Below are positions 55,759 through 64,000 of a stretch of 64,000 nt of DNA, piece after piece. The translations under genes were made by a program, and so were the position numbers. Each line of letters starts with the position of its first letter. Position 1 is the first letter of the stretch. The stretch comes from a virus (lineage: Duplodnaviria > Caudoviricetes). The notes under the pieces are model-generated. The model searched no databases. It had not been told where the DNA came from and saw nothing but the letters and a program-made list of their open reading frames with translations. The DNA is taken from the IMG/VR virus record IMGVR_UViG_3300037501_000255; one strand, given 5' to 3'.

Positions 55759-55806
55759 CACCCACACTCTATACATGTATATGTATACATTGTAAGAATG
55801 TGGGTG
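55759..55806 (-). promoter_or_regulatory. long intergenic hairpin overlapping the ribosome-binding region of the 620-aa gene
   Basis: CACCCACA...TGTGGGTG outer arms enclose further complementary segments (TCT/AGA, TACA/TGTA, TGTAT/ATACA). Confidence 0.55.
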
Positions 55807-55811
55807 TTTGG

Positions 55812-56135
55812 TTAGCCGTACATTGTCTCTATGCCGCTCTCCACTGCCCTACGAGCAGTAGATGGGTTAAATGCCATCTTTGGCCTGCCACCCTTGGGAG
55901 CTCCGTTTGGATGTTGCTCCGTCGCCAGTCCACGATTTAGGACCTTAGCGATTGGCCAAACTGAGGCTTTATCTAGAATTTGAAGAACGGCCTCTCTCGG
56001 AATCTTAAATTCCTCTGCTAGCTGCTCGGCAGTGACATATGCGTCCTCGGGCATGCCGGCATCCAATACGTCAGGAATTGACTTTGTTCTGGTTTTCGCT
56101 GTTATTTGTGTCGCTAGCCTCGCTGTGAATTGCAT
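55812..56135 (-). CDS. putative HTH DNA-binding protein
   Basis: VTAEQLAEEFKIPREAVLQIL and KGGRPK; start at 56135 with AGGAG upstream. Confidence 0.6.
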   Translation of the reverse strand: MQFTARLATQITAKTRTKSIPDVLDAGMPEDAYVTAEQLAEEFKIPREAVLQILDKASVWPIAKVLNRGLATEQHPNGAPKGGRPKMAFNPSTARRAVESGIETMYG

Positions 56136-56240
56136 CTCTCTTTCTCCTAAACTTCTTGTATGCAAGAAGGCCGGTGATTACAAGAAATCCGCCTGGCAGC
56201 AGAATAGCCGCAGAGCCAAGGAGGATTTTTTTGAATTTGG

Positions 56241-57086
56241 TCATATGTCGAACTCCCCGTCTATATCAGCCTGTCCCAACCTCAGTTTCTTTAGCCTGAG
56301 TGGCATGCCGCCCAAAACATTATTGAAGTATCTAGAAATCTTCCTATTTAGGGTGAAGTAGCCTTTTTCTGGAGAAAGAAGCTTCTTGCTGCACAACTGC
56401 ACTGCCCTAGCTGGCTCCTGAGCGACTAGGTCACGGAGTATTTGTCCAATGGCCTCTGTGCGACCTTCTCGTATATCAAAAATGAAGAAGTCCCTAGCGT
56501 CTTTGGCATGCAAATCTCGCACAATCGGCATATCGCCATAGTCATGCAGCAATTGCTTGTAGAATTTGAGCGTAGCAAGTATGAAGAGGTAGTTTACCTG
56601 ATCTCTCGCCACAGACACATTGCGCCTCTTCCTATTACAGTCTGCTTCAAGGAGGCCGACTAGATCGGATAGTCGGATTATCTCCTCCTCAGAAATGAGC
56701 AGTGAGTGGGGGGTTGGGTAGCTGGCTTTAGATAGTTCCTGATCTGGATCTTCAATCTGAACAAATCTCTTGCGTTTATTGAAGGCTTGAATGAGGTCAT
56801 GCTTGAACGCAGTTTTTAGGTACGACTTGAGTGATTTTTGAAAAGCCTCATTTTGCTCAAGCGTTGGAGATTCGGGTAGTACTTCTACCGTACCATCATC
56901 TCTATGGATTTCGCGTTGTAACTTACCAAGGTTAAATGCTGAAACAATGTCAGCGAACCTGGCGTACCAAGACCTAGCCTCTCCAGCCGGATCTGATACG
57001 CCAAGTTTGGCTGCTATTCCTGTAAGTGACGGCTCTAGTTCTGAGAAGAGCATCTGTGCAGAATCTGTGGAGATCTCAGCCGTCAT
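56241..57086 (-). CDS. hypothetical protein, weakly sigma-region-2-like
   Basis: LKSYLKTAFKHDLIQAFNKRKR...PHSLLISEEEIIRL. Confidence 0.6.
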   Translation of the reverse strand: MTAEISTDSAQMLFSELEPSLTGIAAKLGVSDPAGEARSWYARFADIVSAFNLGKLQREIHRDDGTVEVLPESPTLEQNEAFQKSLKSYLKTAFKHDLIQAFNKRKRFVQIEDPDQELSKASYPTPHSLLISEEEIIRLSDLVGLLEADCNRKRRNVSVARDQVNYLFILATLKFYKQLLHDYGDMPIVRDLHAKDARDFFIFDIREGRTEAIGQILRDLVAQEPARAVQLCSKKLLSPEKGYFTLNRKISRYFNNVLGGMPLRLKKLRLGQADIDGEFDI

Positions 57087-57089
57087 ACC

Positions 57090-58424
57090 TCAACCGAACA
57101 CCCTCTTGCCGGCAACTACTATGGCTACCAAGACAAATAGTGCTGCAGCCCACATTAGCGAGTATCCTGCACCGCCTGATGATGCCTCCTGTACAGCCGC
57201 ACCTACATTGAGGATGCCGGCTCCGTATTTGAATTCATCTCCAGCATCAGTGGCAGTAGAAGTCATAAGCTTCATAACTTCCGCGCGATCCACACCTGGA
57301 CCAAGAATTGAAACCAGTAGTGCTGCTGAGCCTGCAGCCATAGGCGTCGCCATCGAAGTTCCTTGATAAGGAAACATCCCCCACTCAGATGGATTTTCTG
57401 GATTGACCGTAGACTGCCACACTCCGCCCTCTGGGCCAAAATCTCGCATATTACCGCCGGGTGCTGCAAGGAAAACTCCTCGTTCGTCGTCAGGGTCTCT
57501 ACCGTGTGAAGAATACGGCGCTAGTTTGCCATCGGGCCCAACTGAGGATATGGCTAGGCAGCCCTCCATGCCTGCTGGGTATTCGATAACTCCCCTACCT
57601 GCATTACCTGCGGCGCAAAACACCAGAACATTTTTCTCAACGGCATATGTCAATGCATCCTGCATGACTTGACTAAAGCCACCTCCGCCCAGAGACATGT
57701 TGATTACATGCGCTCCATTATCTGCAGCAAATCTAATGCCTTCGGCAATATCTGCAGTATCGCCCCAACCCTGATCAGACAGCACTTTAACTGGCATGAT
57801 GCATGCGTTGAACGCAATCCCTACGCCGCCAAGGGTGTTGTTTGTGCTCTCTGCGATTGTTGAAGCTACGTGGGTGCCGTGACTCTGGATATCATATGGG
57901 TCTGTGGTGTCTGCCGCGAAGTCATAGCCGGCAACGAAACAGGTGTCCTTTAGATCTGGTATCTGGGGGTATTTGCTATCCGGCCCGGATACGCCAGTGT
58001 CCAAGACAGCGACTACTGCGCCTGTGCCAGTAGTCTTTCGCCATGCAAGGGGCAGTCCAATCATATCGAAATGCCACGCTTGCTTTGCGAGAAATGGATC
58101 ATTAGGCACATCAAAATCGGCGCCGTCGGAAAGGGCGCGATAGACTTGTGAAACTTCAACACTCTGAATGTCGGAATCTCCCCTAATTTCCTCTATAATT
58201 TCTGCCACTTTTGAAGAATCAACCACGGCGGTGGTGATCTTCGTTGATGGGAACATAAGCGAGTTAGGGAGTAGATCTGTGTCAATCTCCTCCTCTGTCT
58301 CTGCGATATCGACTCTGGTGGCGTCATCTTTGAAGTCTACAATGAGCTTGACTGGCGCGGCACTTGCTGCGCTTGCCATGGTTAAAAGAGTAGCGCATAC
58401 CAGTGCGTGGATTATTTTATTCAT
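57090..58424 (-). CDS. exported S8 subtilisin-like serine protease with C-terminal membrane anchor
   Basis: Triad motifs VAVLDTG, HGTHVA and GTSMATP; signal peptide from ATG 58424 (GAGG upstream); C-terminal TM segment plus KR. Confidence 0.95.
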   Translation of the reverse strand: MNKIIHALVCATLLTMASAASAAPVKLIVDFKDDATRVDIAETEEEIDTDLLPNSLMFPSTKITTAVVDSSKVAEIIEEIRGDSDIQSVEVSQVYRALSDGADFDVPNDPFLAKQAWHFDMIGLPLAWRKTTGTGAVVAVLDTGVSGPDSKYPQIPDLKDTCFVAGYDFAADTTDPYDIQSHGTHVASTIAESTNNTLGGVGIAFNACIMPVKVLSDQGWGDTADIAEGIRFAADNGAHVINMSLGGGGFSQVMQDALTYAVEKNVLVFCAAGNAGRGVIEYPAGMEGCLAISSVGPDGKLAPYSSHGRDPDDERGVFLAAPGGNMRDFGPEGGVWQSTVNPENPSEWGMFPYQGTSMATPMAAGSAALLVSILGPGVDRAEVMKLMTSTATDAGDEFKYGAGILNVGAAVQEASSGGAGYSLMWAAALFVLVAIVVAGKRVFG

Positions 58425-58434
58425 TTGCTTCACC

Positions 58435-58617
58435 TCAAACCTCCTGCTCTGGCGCATCAGGCTCAATCTCATCGGTAGTTCTGCGAAGCTTCTTGCGTGC
58501 AGAGGTTTTCGCAACGAAAAGCTCCTTGGCTCGCTTTACAGCTGTTTTACTTATATCACGTGCGATGGTGCTGACGAAGATGTCCACCACCTTTTCTGTT
58601 ATACTTTTCTTTGCCAT
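58435..58617 (-). CDS. hypothetical protein
   Basis: 60-aa ORF with GGAGG upstream. Confidence 0.65.
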   Translation of the reverse strand: MAKKSITEKVVDIFVSTIARDISKTAVKRAKELFVAKTSARKKLRRTTDEIEPDAPEQEV

Positions 58618-58621
58618 ATTA

Positions 58622-59134
58622 TCAACCCTCCGCTACCAGCTCTTGATCGACAGAGCTCTCTTGTGAAACATCATCTGCCGCACTGAGCAGTTCGCTTAGA
58701 TCTGTCTGCGACAGCATGTCGCGAAATAGCGGAACGAGTTGCACCGCCGCTTCAACCACCTGTTCACCCAGCTTCTCGCCGGAATAATTCCTCATCCAAA
58801 GTGCCAGAGCCTGTGTCTTAGCTACAGCCTCCTCTCTCGAGAGCGACACGCCCGGAGCCTTGGTGATGAGCGGGCCGCCCACCTCGAGGATTTCTGCAAG
58901 GGCATTGAGAAGTGCGAACTCCAGGAGGGATTTCACAGCCGGGTCTGCCAACTGCAATCCTGGGTGCATCTCGTGCAACTTAGGAGTGATCTTATCTGCA
59001 AGGGGGGTAACAATCTGATCTACAACACGGTCAACCGTGCTCTTGATCATACCTTGCTTCACACCTCGGGCGACCTGACTGGTACGCTTTTCCTTGACAA
59101 CTTTCACGATTTTTTCCTTAGGAATATTAGCCAT
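58622..59134 (-). CDS. hypothetical helical protein (paralogue family)
   Basis: Clearly similar to 60753-61232 (PAVKxxLEFA; LAxWMRxYxGExxGEQxVEAA). Confidence 0.85.
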   Translation of the reverse strand: MANIPKEKIVKVVKEKRTSQVARGVKQGMIKSTVDRVVDQIVTPLADKITPKLHEMHPGLQLADPAVKSLLEFALLNALAEILEVGGPLITKAPGVSLSREEAVAKTQALALWMRNYSGEKLGEQVVEAAVQLVPLFRDMLSQTDLSELLSAADDVSQESSVDQELVAEG

Positions 59135-59161
59135 TACAGACTCCTGGAGTTAAAGATTGAG

Positions 59162-59386
59162 CTATTTGACCCTGTAAACAATTCTACCACGATTCAAATC
59201 GTATGGCGAGACTTCGATATGGACCCTGTCGCCTGGAACAATTTTAATTGAGTTCAGTCGCATTTTTCCTGATGGAGTACAGGTCACCACATGTGACCCA
59301 TTTTTAGTCTCTACTTCTACTCTAAACATATCCTTGCAGAAGTCTAGAACAATACCTTCGAACTCAATTTTATCTGAATCAGCCAC
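59162..59386 (-). CDS. infA: translation initiation factor IF-1
   Basis: [41 protein letters not shown]; GTG start with GAGG upstream. Confidence 0.95.
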   Translation of the reverse strand: MADSDKIEFEGIVLDFCKDMFRVEVETKNGSHVVTCTPSGKMRLNSIKIVPGDRVHIEVSPYDLNRGRIVYRVK

Positions 59387-59396
59387 TTAATTATCC

Positions 59397-59723
59397 TCAG
59401 GGTGTAAACTTAGCATCTACCGGCGGATCGCCGGGGTTTTCTGAATTTGGAGTCTCGGAAGCCTCCGCCTGCTTTGCTTGCTTCGCTTTTTTATAATGCG
59501 AGGCGGTGTCTTTTACAAGGTCATTTAGGCCCTTACGGGTCTCCTTTGCCTTCTGCAGCTCATCAGCCTTGTCAAGCACTGCGTTGAGTTTCTCCTTGAC
59601 CTTCGGCCATACAGCCTTGCCCAATTCGGTAGCAGCACCAGCAACGGCTTGGACGGCAACGATATTACCAACTTGCTTTAAGAATTTCTTCATTGGAGAA
59701 TCCTGATTCGTATTCATAACCAT
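59397..59723 (-). CDS. hypothetical protein
   Basis: 108-aa ORF. Confidence 0.7.
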   Translation of the reverse strand: MVMNTNQDSPMKKFLKQVGNIVAVQAVAGAATELGKAVWPKVKEKLNAVLDKADELQKAKETRKGLNDLVKDTASHYKKAKQAKQAEASETPNSENPGDPPVDAKFTP

Positions 59724-59727
59724 TCCT

Positions 59728-60063
59728 TCAGTTAATCGAGTTTTTATTTTTATGCTTGAAATCAGCTACCATTTTTCGCAACTGTGCAGGCATTACTTCA
59801 AATGGCCCGGTGTCCGTTGGAGCATGCGCTAAAATCATGCAGGTTCGTGGTACCCAGGCCACATCACTGGGAATAGTCAGGGTGACATCGGCTTCACCTG
59901 GAAGCTTGCCGCGAACACCGGATAAAATCTCAATCTTATCTTCGCCAAAGTAGTAGCTGCCTTCACCTGGCAGTACGTGCCCCAATTCAGGATCTGACTT
60001 CAAGGAAAGGATTCCAGAATCGAGTAGGTTGCGAAGCTTGACGTGTAGACTGAGTGTTTGCAT
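59728..60063 (-). CDS. hypothetical protein
   Basis: 111-aa ORF. Confidence 0.7.
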   Translation of the reverse strand: MQTLSLHVKLRNLLDSGILSLKSDPELGHVLPGEGSYYFGEDKIEILSGVRGKLPGEADVTLTIPSDVAWVPRTCMILAHAPTDTGPFEVMPAQLRKMVADFKHKNKNSIN

Positions 60064-60065
60064 AT

Positions 60066-60362
60066 TTATTTGCCTTTTCTAATTATTTCAAGATCAATAT
60101 TTATGTTTATCTTCACGAGATCAAATGAGTCTTCCTCATCATCACTCTCCATAATGTCGCGAACTTTGTCGGAGAGTTCCGACAGCGATTGTGACGCGGC
60201 GACCCATCCTGCATCCTGCGATGAGTAGCCGCAGTCCAGGTCGTCTATTAGTTGGCTAAGCGAAAAATTCTCTATTTGAGAGGAAAGATCCTTGCTATCT
60301 TCGAAAGTTCCACATCGTACTGCAGCAAAGATGGTAGGACTGTCTTTGTTTGACTTGTTCAT
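60066..60362 (-). CDS. hypothetical acidic protein
   Basis: Start moved to ATG 60362 because a terminator lies just upstream. Confidence 0.65.
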   Translation of the reverse strand: MNKSNKDSPTIFAAVRCGTFEDSKDLSSQIENFSLSQLIDDLDCGYSSQDAGWVAASQSLSELSDKVRDIMESDDEEDSFDLVKININIDLEIIRKGK

Positions 60363-60369
60363 AAGTAAC

Positions 60370-60398
60370 AACAAACCCGCCTGGACGGCGGGCTTGTT
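60370..60398 (-). terminator. Rho-independent terminator
   Basis: AACAAGCCCGCC-gtcca-GGCGGGTTTGTT on the minus strand, directly after the 60400 stop. Confidence 0.75.
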
Positions 60399-60399
60399 T

Positions 60400-60663
60400 T
60401 CAGCGACCTGAGCGGCGATAGACTGTGACGCTGTGCCGAATACGTGCATTGTATACGGTTTCGTCCGTCGGTCTAATCACCCCCTCTGATTCAAGCTGGC
60501 GAAACGCTGTGCGAATCACAGCACCGCGCCTAGCCCCTCTAAAAGAGGGGGCTGCAGATACGACATCCACCGAACTAATTGTCGTGTTGTTTCTGAGGCG
60601 GCGCCGCACAGCGGTGCGCACCTGTGAAACCGCACGCTCAAAAGCACTAGTTTTATTTGTCAT
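60400..60663 (-). CDS. small basic, winged-helix-like protein
   Basis: Arg-rich; IRTAFRQLESEGVIRPT; start at 60663 with GGAG upstream. Confidence 0.6.
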   Translation of the reverse strand: MTNKTSAFERAVSQVRTAVRRRLRNNTTISSVDVVSAAPSFRGARRGAVIRTAFRQLESEGVIRPTDETVYNARIRHSVTVYRRSGR

Positions 60664-60752
60664 TACAACTCCAAATGCATCAAGCATATGTTTAAGGGAC
60701 GCGCCATTGCGTCGACATAACTAGGAGCGCCGGGGGAGGGTTAGACTATTTC

Positions 60753-61232
60753 TTATTTTTGCTCAACGGCGGCCACCGCGGGCTCGCCCAGCAGTTCAGC
60801 AACATCTGCTGTATTAATATCGCTGAATTGCTCCATAACCATCGGGAATACGGTTAGGGCCGCTTCCACAAGTTGTTCGCCCACACGCTCTCCGGCATAC
60901 TTCCGCATCCAGGTGGCGAGCAATTGACTCTTGCGTGCAAGATCCTCAGGGCTCGATGAGGGTACAATTTTTGATGCTGTAGGGGCTGCAAATACCATGA
61001 GTTCAGCTATCCCCATAATGAAAGCAAACTCCAGAGCGGCCTTGACCGCCGGCTCGAGCAGATGCGTGCCATTTGGAAATGTGGCTTGGAATTTAGGCAT
61101 GATGGCCTGGCATACCGGGTCTGACATTGTATGCACCAGCTTATCCACCACTCCCTTAAGAGCGCCCTCTTTTACACCGCGCATAACCGTCGCCCTGCGC
61201 GTCTCTAGCTCTGACATTTGAATGCTCGTCAT
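60753..61232 (-). CDS. hypothetical helical protein (paralogue family)
   Basis: Paralogue of 58622-59134; start at 61232 with GAGG upstream. Confidence 0.85.
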   Translation of the reverse strand: MTSIQMSELETRRATVMRGVKEGALKGVVDKLVHTMSDPVCQAIMPKFQATFPNGTHLLEPAVKAALEFAFIMGIAELMVFAAPTASKIVPSSSPEDLARKSQLLATWMRKYAGERVGEQLVEAALTVFPMVMEQFSDINTADVAELLGEPAVAAVEQK

Positions 61233-61284
61233 GGTTACCTCTCTCATGATACTAATACCTAAATATAGATATCAGGAGTACAAA

Positions 61285-61665
61285 ATGCTCACTACTCAAG
61301 AGATCTACAACTTTTTGATTAATGCTGCCGAGGTGGCCCCGCTACCGGGGCCGCCGCCCGCTGAAAATGCCTCTCCACCGCCATTATCCCCTATGCCTAT
61401 CGGACCGGAGGCTTATGATAGCCGCATTGAAAATCTACGCACAAGACTTCAGGCTTTAATTGGAACCTCTGTTAAGCATGCCGCTACTGAAGAGGATAAG
61501 GTTCAGATAAATCGAGTTTTTGGTAAAACTCCCGGCGAGGCCGACCCTGAAGCGGAACCGCTTGATCCTGAATGGGAGCAGTTGTTGCGCATGGTTGTTG
61601 GTGATGGCCCCTTGCCAGATGCCTTTGAAACTGTATCGCTCCGCCCGAAAAGGTCTATGCCCTAA
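61285..61665 (+). CDS. Pro-rich hypothetical protein; the only convincing plus-strand gene
   Basis: AGGAG before ATG 61285; fills an otherwise empty gap between minus-strand genes. Confidence 0.75.
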   Translation: MLTTQEIYNFLINAAEVAPLPGPPPAENASPPPLSPMPIGPEAYDSRIENLRTRLQALIGTSVKHAATEEDKVQINRVFGKTPGEADPEAEPLDPEWEQLLRMVVGDGPLPDAFETVSLRPKRSMP

Positions 61666-61686
61666 GCGTGCGTCCTAAGCAGTTAA

Positions 61687-62793
61687 TTAATTTCTCTTCT
61701 TCGAGACTGCTTGTATAAGCCTGCCAAAAAAAGTAGTATTCTGTTGTAGGGGAACTTTGTTCCTTACTGCCTTAGTGGTGGGTGCATCCTGTGCAACGTA
61801 TGCTCCTCTAAACCGGAATGTATTACCGGATTCGTCAAGAAGAAGGGCGTCGCCTTTACCAAGAAGATTCTCTGCCCCATGTCGATCCAGCACAACTCGT
61901 GAGTGCACCTGGGTCGATACTTTACAAGCGATTTTACTGGGGAAGTTTGCGCGGATCTCACCTGTTAGCACCTTTGATGATGGATGCTGTGTTGCGGCTA
62001 TAATGTGAATTCCCGCTGCACGGCTCTTCTGAGCCAGTTCACAGAGAAGTTTTTCAAAACCCTTGACGCGCATAAGATCTGCTAGCTCATCAATAACGAG
62101 AACTACGTACGGAATCTTCTTGACCTTGGCCCTGTACTCTGAGATGTCACGGCACTTAAACTTTTGAAAAACTCTATATCTATTATTCATCTCCTCCTTC
62201 AGATCCTGCAGCATATCAATGGCTAACTCTGCCTCATTTACTACTGGATAGAGAAGTGCCGGGTGCTTGGAGTATCGATCGAACTCCACTAGTTTCGGAT
62301 CCACTAGTGCAAGTTTAATTCCAACATCAGCATATGTGCGAATAATAGACGTTATCATTGCATGTAGGAGCATGCTTTTGCCGCTACCCGTAGTGCCTGC
62401 GACAATTAGGTGGGGCATCTTAGTTAGATCAATAACTAGCGGAGTTGTGATATCAGTCGTTCCGATGACGAGGGGGAGATTTCCGTTTGTCTGATTTGCA
62501 AATATTGAGTCGAAGTTTATTACAGGGTGATCGGCAAACATCATCTCGACAATGACTAAGCCGCTTGTAAATGCCGGGCGAATGACGGGGGGGGCGATGG
62601 GTTTCATCGCCAAGGCGATATCCTCGGCCATTCCCTCAAGTTTCGAAAGGCGAGTTTGCGGATCGAGTCGGACGAAGTACCGAGATAGGGGGAATTTTTC
62701 GTCGACCGATTCTACAGTAGCTTTAATACCCAATGATCTTAACACGCTTTCGAAGTCAGCTGTGGAAGGTGTGGATTGCGATTGATCTAGCAT
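61687..62793 (-). CDS. FtsK/SpoIIIE motor (alpha and beta domains only)
   Basis: HLIVAGTTGSGKS, LVDPK, VIDELADL, RAAGIHIIAATQHPS and GAENLLGKGD. Confidence 0.92.
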   Translation of the reverse strand: MLDQSQSTPSTADFESVLRSLGIKATVESVDEKFPLSRYFVRLDPQTRLSKLEGMAEDIALAMKPIAPPVIRPAFTSGLVIVEMMFADHPVINFDSIFANQTNGNLPLVIGTTDITTPLVIDLTKMPHLIVAGTTGSGKSMLLHAMITSIIRTYADVGIKLALVDPKLVEFDRYSKHPALLYPVVNEAELAIDMLQDLKEEMNNRYRVFQKFKCRDISEYRAKVKKIPYVVLVIDELADLMRVKGFEKLLCELAQKSRAAGIHIIAATQHPSSKVLTGEIRANFPSKIACKVSTQVHSRVVLDRHGAENLLGKGDALLLDESGNTFRFRGAYVAQDAPTTKAVRNKVPLQQNTTFFGRLIQAVSKKRN

Positions 62794-62802
62794 ATTATTT
62801 AC

Positions 62803-63285
62803 CTACTGTTTAGTTATTTTTTCTAGAATTGAGTCTTTCAAATCTGCCAGTGTGGAACCTTCGGCGTCCTCGATCATTATCTTGGATGAGAGGTATTCGA
62901 CGAATATTTCTGGTGTTAGATTACTAAACTTAAAGTTAAGATATACTATGCGTCGCACTCCCGCATTTGCTAGCATACGAAAGCAGCGCCAGCAAGGAAA
63001 GTGTGTAGTATATGCGGTGGTATCTGCAACGGATATACCAAACCTAGCGGCGGTCACCACTGCGTTTTCTTCTGCATGGGCAGCGCGGACACAGGAGTTG
63101 TCTATGATGATATGGCCCGCCTCATCACAATGAGGGTGGCCGCTTACAGAGGCATTGTAGCCCGTAGATAGCACTCTGTTATCTTTTACTAGAACACAGC
63201 CAACTTGCGCGCGGTCGCATGTAGCTCGCGTGGCTGCCGCCTTGGCTAAATCAAGGAAATATTCGTCCCAATCTGGTCTGCTCAT
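62803..63285 (-). CDS. dCMP deaminase
   Basis: RATCDRAQVGC, GYN, HAEENA and PCWRC. Confidence 0.93.
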   Translation of the reverse strand: MSRPDWDEYFLDLAKAAATRATCDRAQVGCVLVKDNRVLSTGYNASVSGHPHCDEAGHIIIDNSCVRAAHAEENAVVTAARFGISVADTTAYTTHFPCWRCFRMLANAGVRRIVYLNFKFSNLTPEIFVEYLSSKIMIEDAEGSTLADLKDSILEKITKQ

Positions 63286-63526
63286 ATATGCCTGTTAATC
63301 TTAGTATGAAGTCATGTTTTTTTAGAAGGGCAAGAATTGCTGCTTCGAAAGCACGCTCATATCTCCACCCCCAAGGGAGGGTGGGTTTTAATCCTGTTGG
63401 AACTACGCGTGCCTTACCGTCTATGGACAGTTTACACATGGGATCGCTGAGAGTGGAGCCCGGATACACCTGTAGGTCCACAATCATATATCCGTCATCA
63501 TCAATAGATATTTCCGCCACCGGCAT
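63251..63526 (-). CDS. hypothetical protein
   Basis: 91-aa ORF. Confidence 0.6.
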   Translation of the reverse strand: MPVAEISIDDDGYMIVDLQVYPGSTLSDPMCKLSIDGKARVVPTGLKPTLPWGWRYERAFEAAILALLKKHDFILRLTGIYEQTRLGRIFP

Positions 63527-64000
63527 TATCAGTATGCTTACTTATTACCAGATGCGGATTTAACCGTATTTTATCAACAACTGACTTAACTACCATTTGA
63601 TTTTTCTTGATGTTTATGTCTAGTTCTATGCTTGGTATCTTAACCAGTTTAGATAGCTTTTTGACTCCAATTGAATCAAGTATTGGTATATACTGTGATG
63701 TCGATAACCCCTCGGGCAGACCAAGCTTATTTGCTGTGACAAACCATTCCGGTAATTTATAAGCCTGCGCTAATCCCGCATTGAGAGGGAGATCTTGCGC
63801 TAAGCTAACTATGAAACGGTTGTGTTCTGGAAAAGAACGGTTTGATAGGTGCCCTAGCGCCATGTGCCCAAACTCATGGGCAAGTACAGCTATCTTCTCT
63901 TCAGAGAAGAGTGTATCGAACTTCCTCTTGTTCAAGATAAGAGTTACTCTATCCTCGGCGATTGATATAGCTGCGCAGGCGAAATCCCTATCGTCTATCT
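63501..64000 (-). CDS. HExxH metallopeptidase-like protein (DUF2201 N-terminal-like); start lies beyond the right edge
   Basis: LAHEFGHMALGH...LAQDLPLN; the frame stays open to the window edge. Confidence 0.7.
   Translation of the reverse strand, partial: IDDRDFACAAISIAEDRVTLILNKRKFDTLFSEEKIAVLAHEFGHMALGHLSNRSFPEHNRFIVSLAQDLPLNAGLAQAYKLPEWFVTANKLGLPEGLSTSQYIPILDSIGVKKLSKLVKIPSIELDINIKKNQMVVKSVVDKIRLNPHLVISKHTDNAGGGNIY

Noticed and set aside
3460-61271. Recurrent ATATAGATA (near 3460, 7992, 26000, 61263) as a phage promoter motif
   Set aside because: Too few instances, two of them inside coding sequence, and spacing to starts is inconsistent; it needs motif statistics.
1897-63563. Numerous plus-strand ORFs of 60-200 aa in the track
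   Set aside because: They are antisense shadows of well-supported minus-strand genes, with Ser/Ala-rich non-protein-like composition; only 61285-61665 occupies free space and has an SD.

Overview
This window looks like a 64-kb segment of a large (jumbo/huge) dsDNA phage genome. That assignment is inferred from gene content; no capsid or terminase gene is visible here. Supporting observations: about 90 tightly packed genes, all but one on the minus strand, many ATGA/TAATG-type overlaps, many orphans, and host-type genes stripped of their usual operons. Modules in coordinate order: (1) replication/repair and gene expression: DnaE with a CxxCxGxG insertion, trigger factor, a 1300-aa orphan, a sigma70-like factor with a Zn ribbon, a Cas4/AddB-like nuclease interrupted by a class 3 intein, SbcCD and a lone CHC2 domain; (2) host take-over and proteostasis: ClpP, extended bS21, NUDIX, IMPDH/GMPR, IscS, GroEL, peptide deformylase and two IscA; (3) a ~14-kb nucleotide-sugar/glycosyltransferase island with no flippase or polymerase, containing one GT4 gene broken three times; (4) a restriction-endonuclease-like remnant, NUDIX, Dam, AAA+, DinG-like helicase and dUTPase; (5) the standout: a PRTRC-like ubiquitin-conjugation operon with two tandem Ubl genes ending in GTKG, an E2-like protein, a JAB peptidase and an E1/ThiF enzyme; (6) orphans including a three-member paralogous helical domain family, an S8 protease, IF-1, a TM-less FtsK and dCMP deaminase. 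I saw no tRNA, rRNA or CRISPR array. All family assignments come from recognising motifs by eye, not from database searches. Several start codons were moved from the ORF track using Shine-Dalgarno (SD) and overlap evidence.
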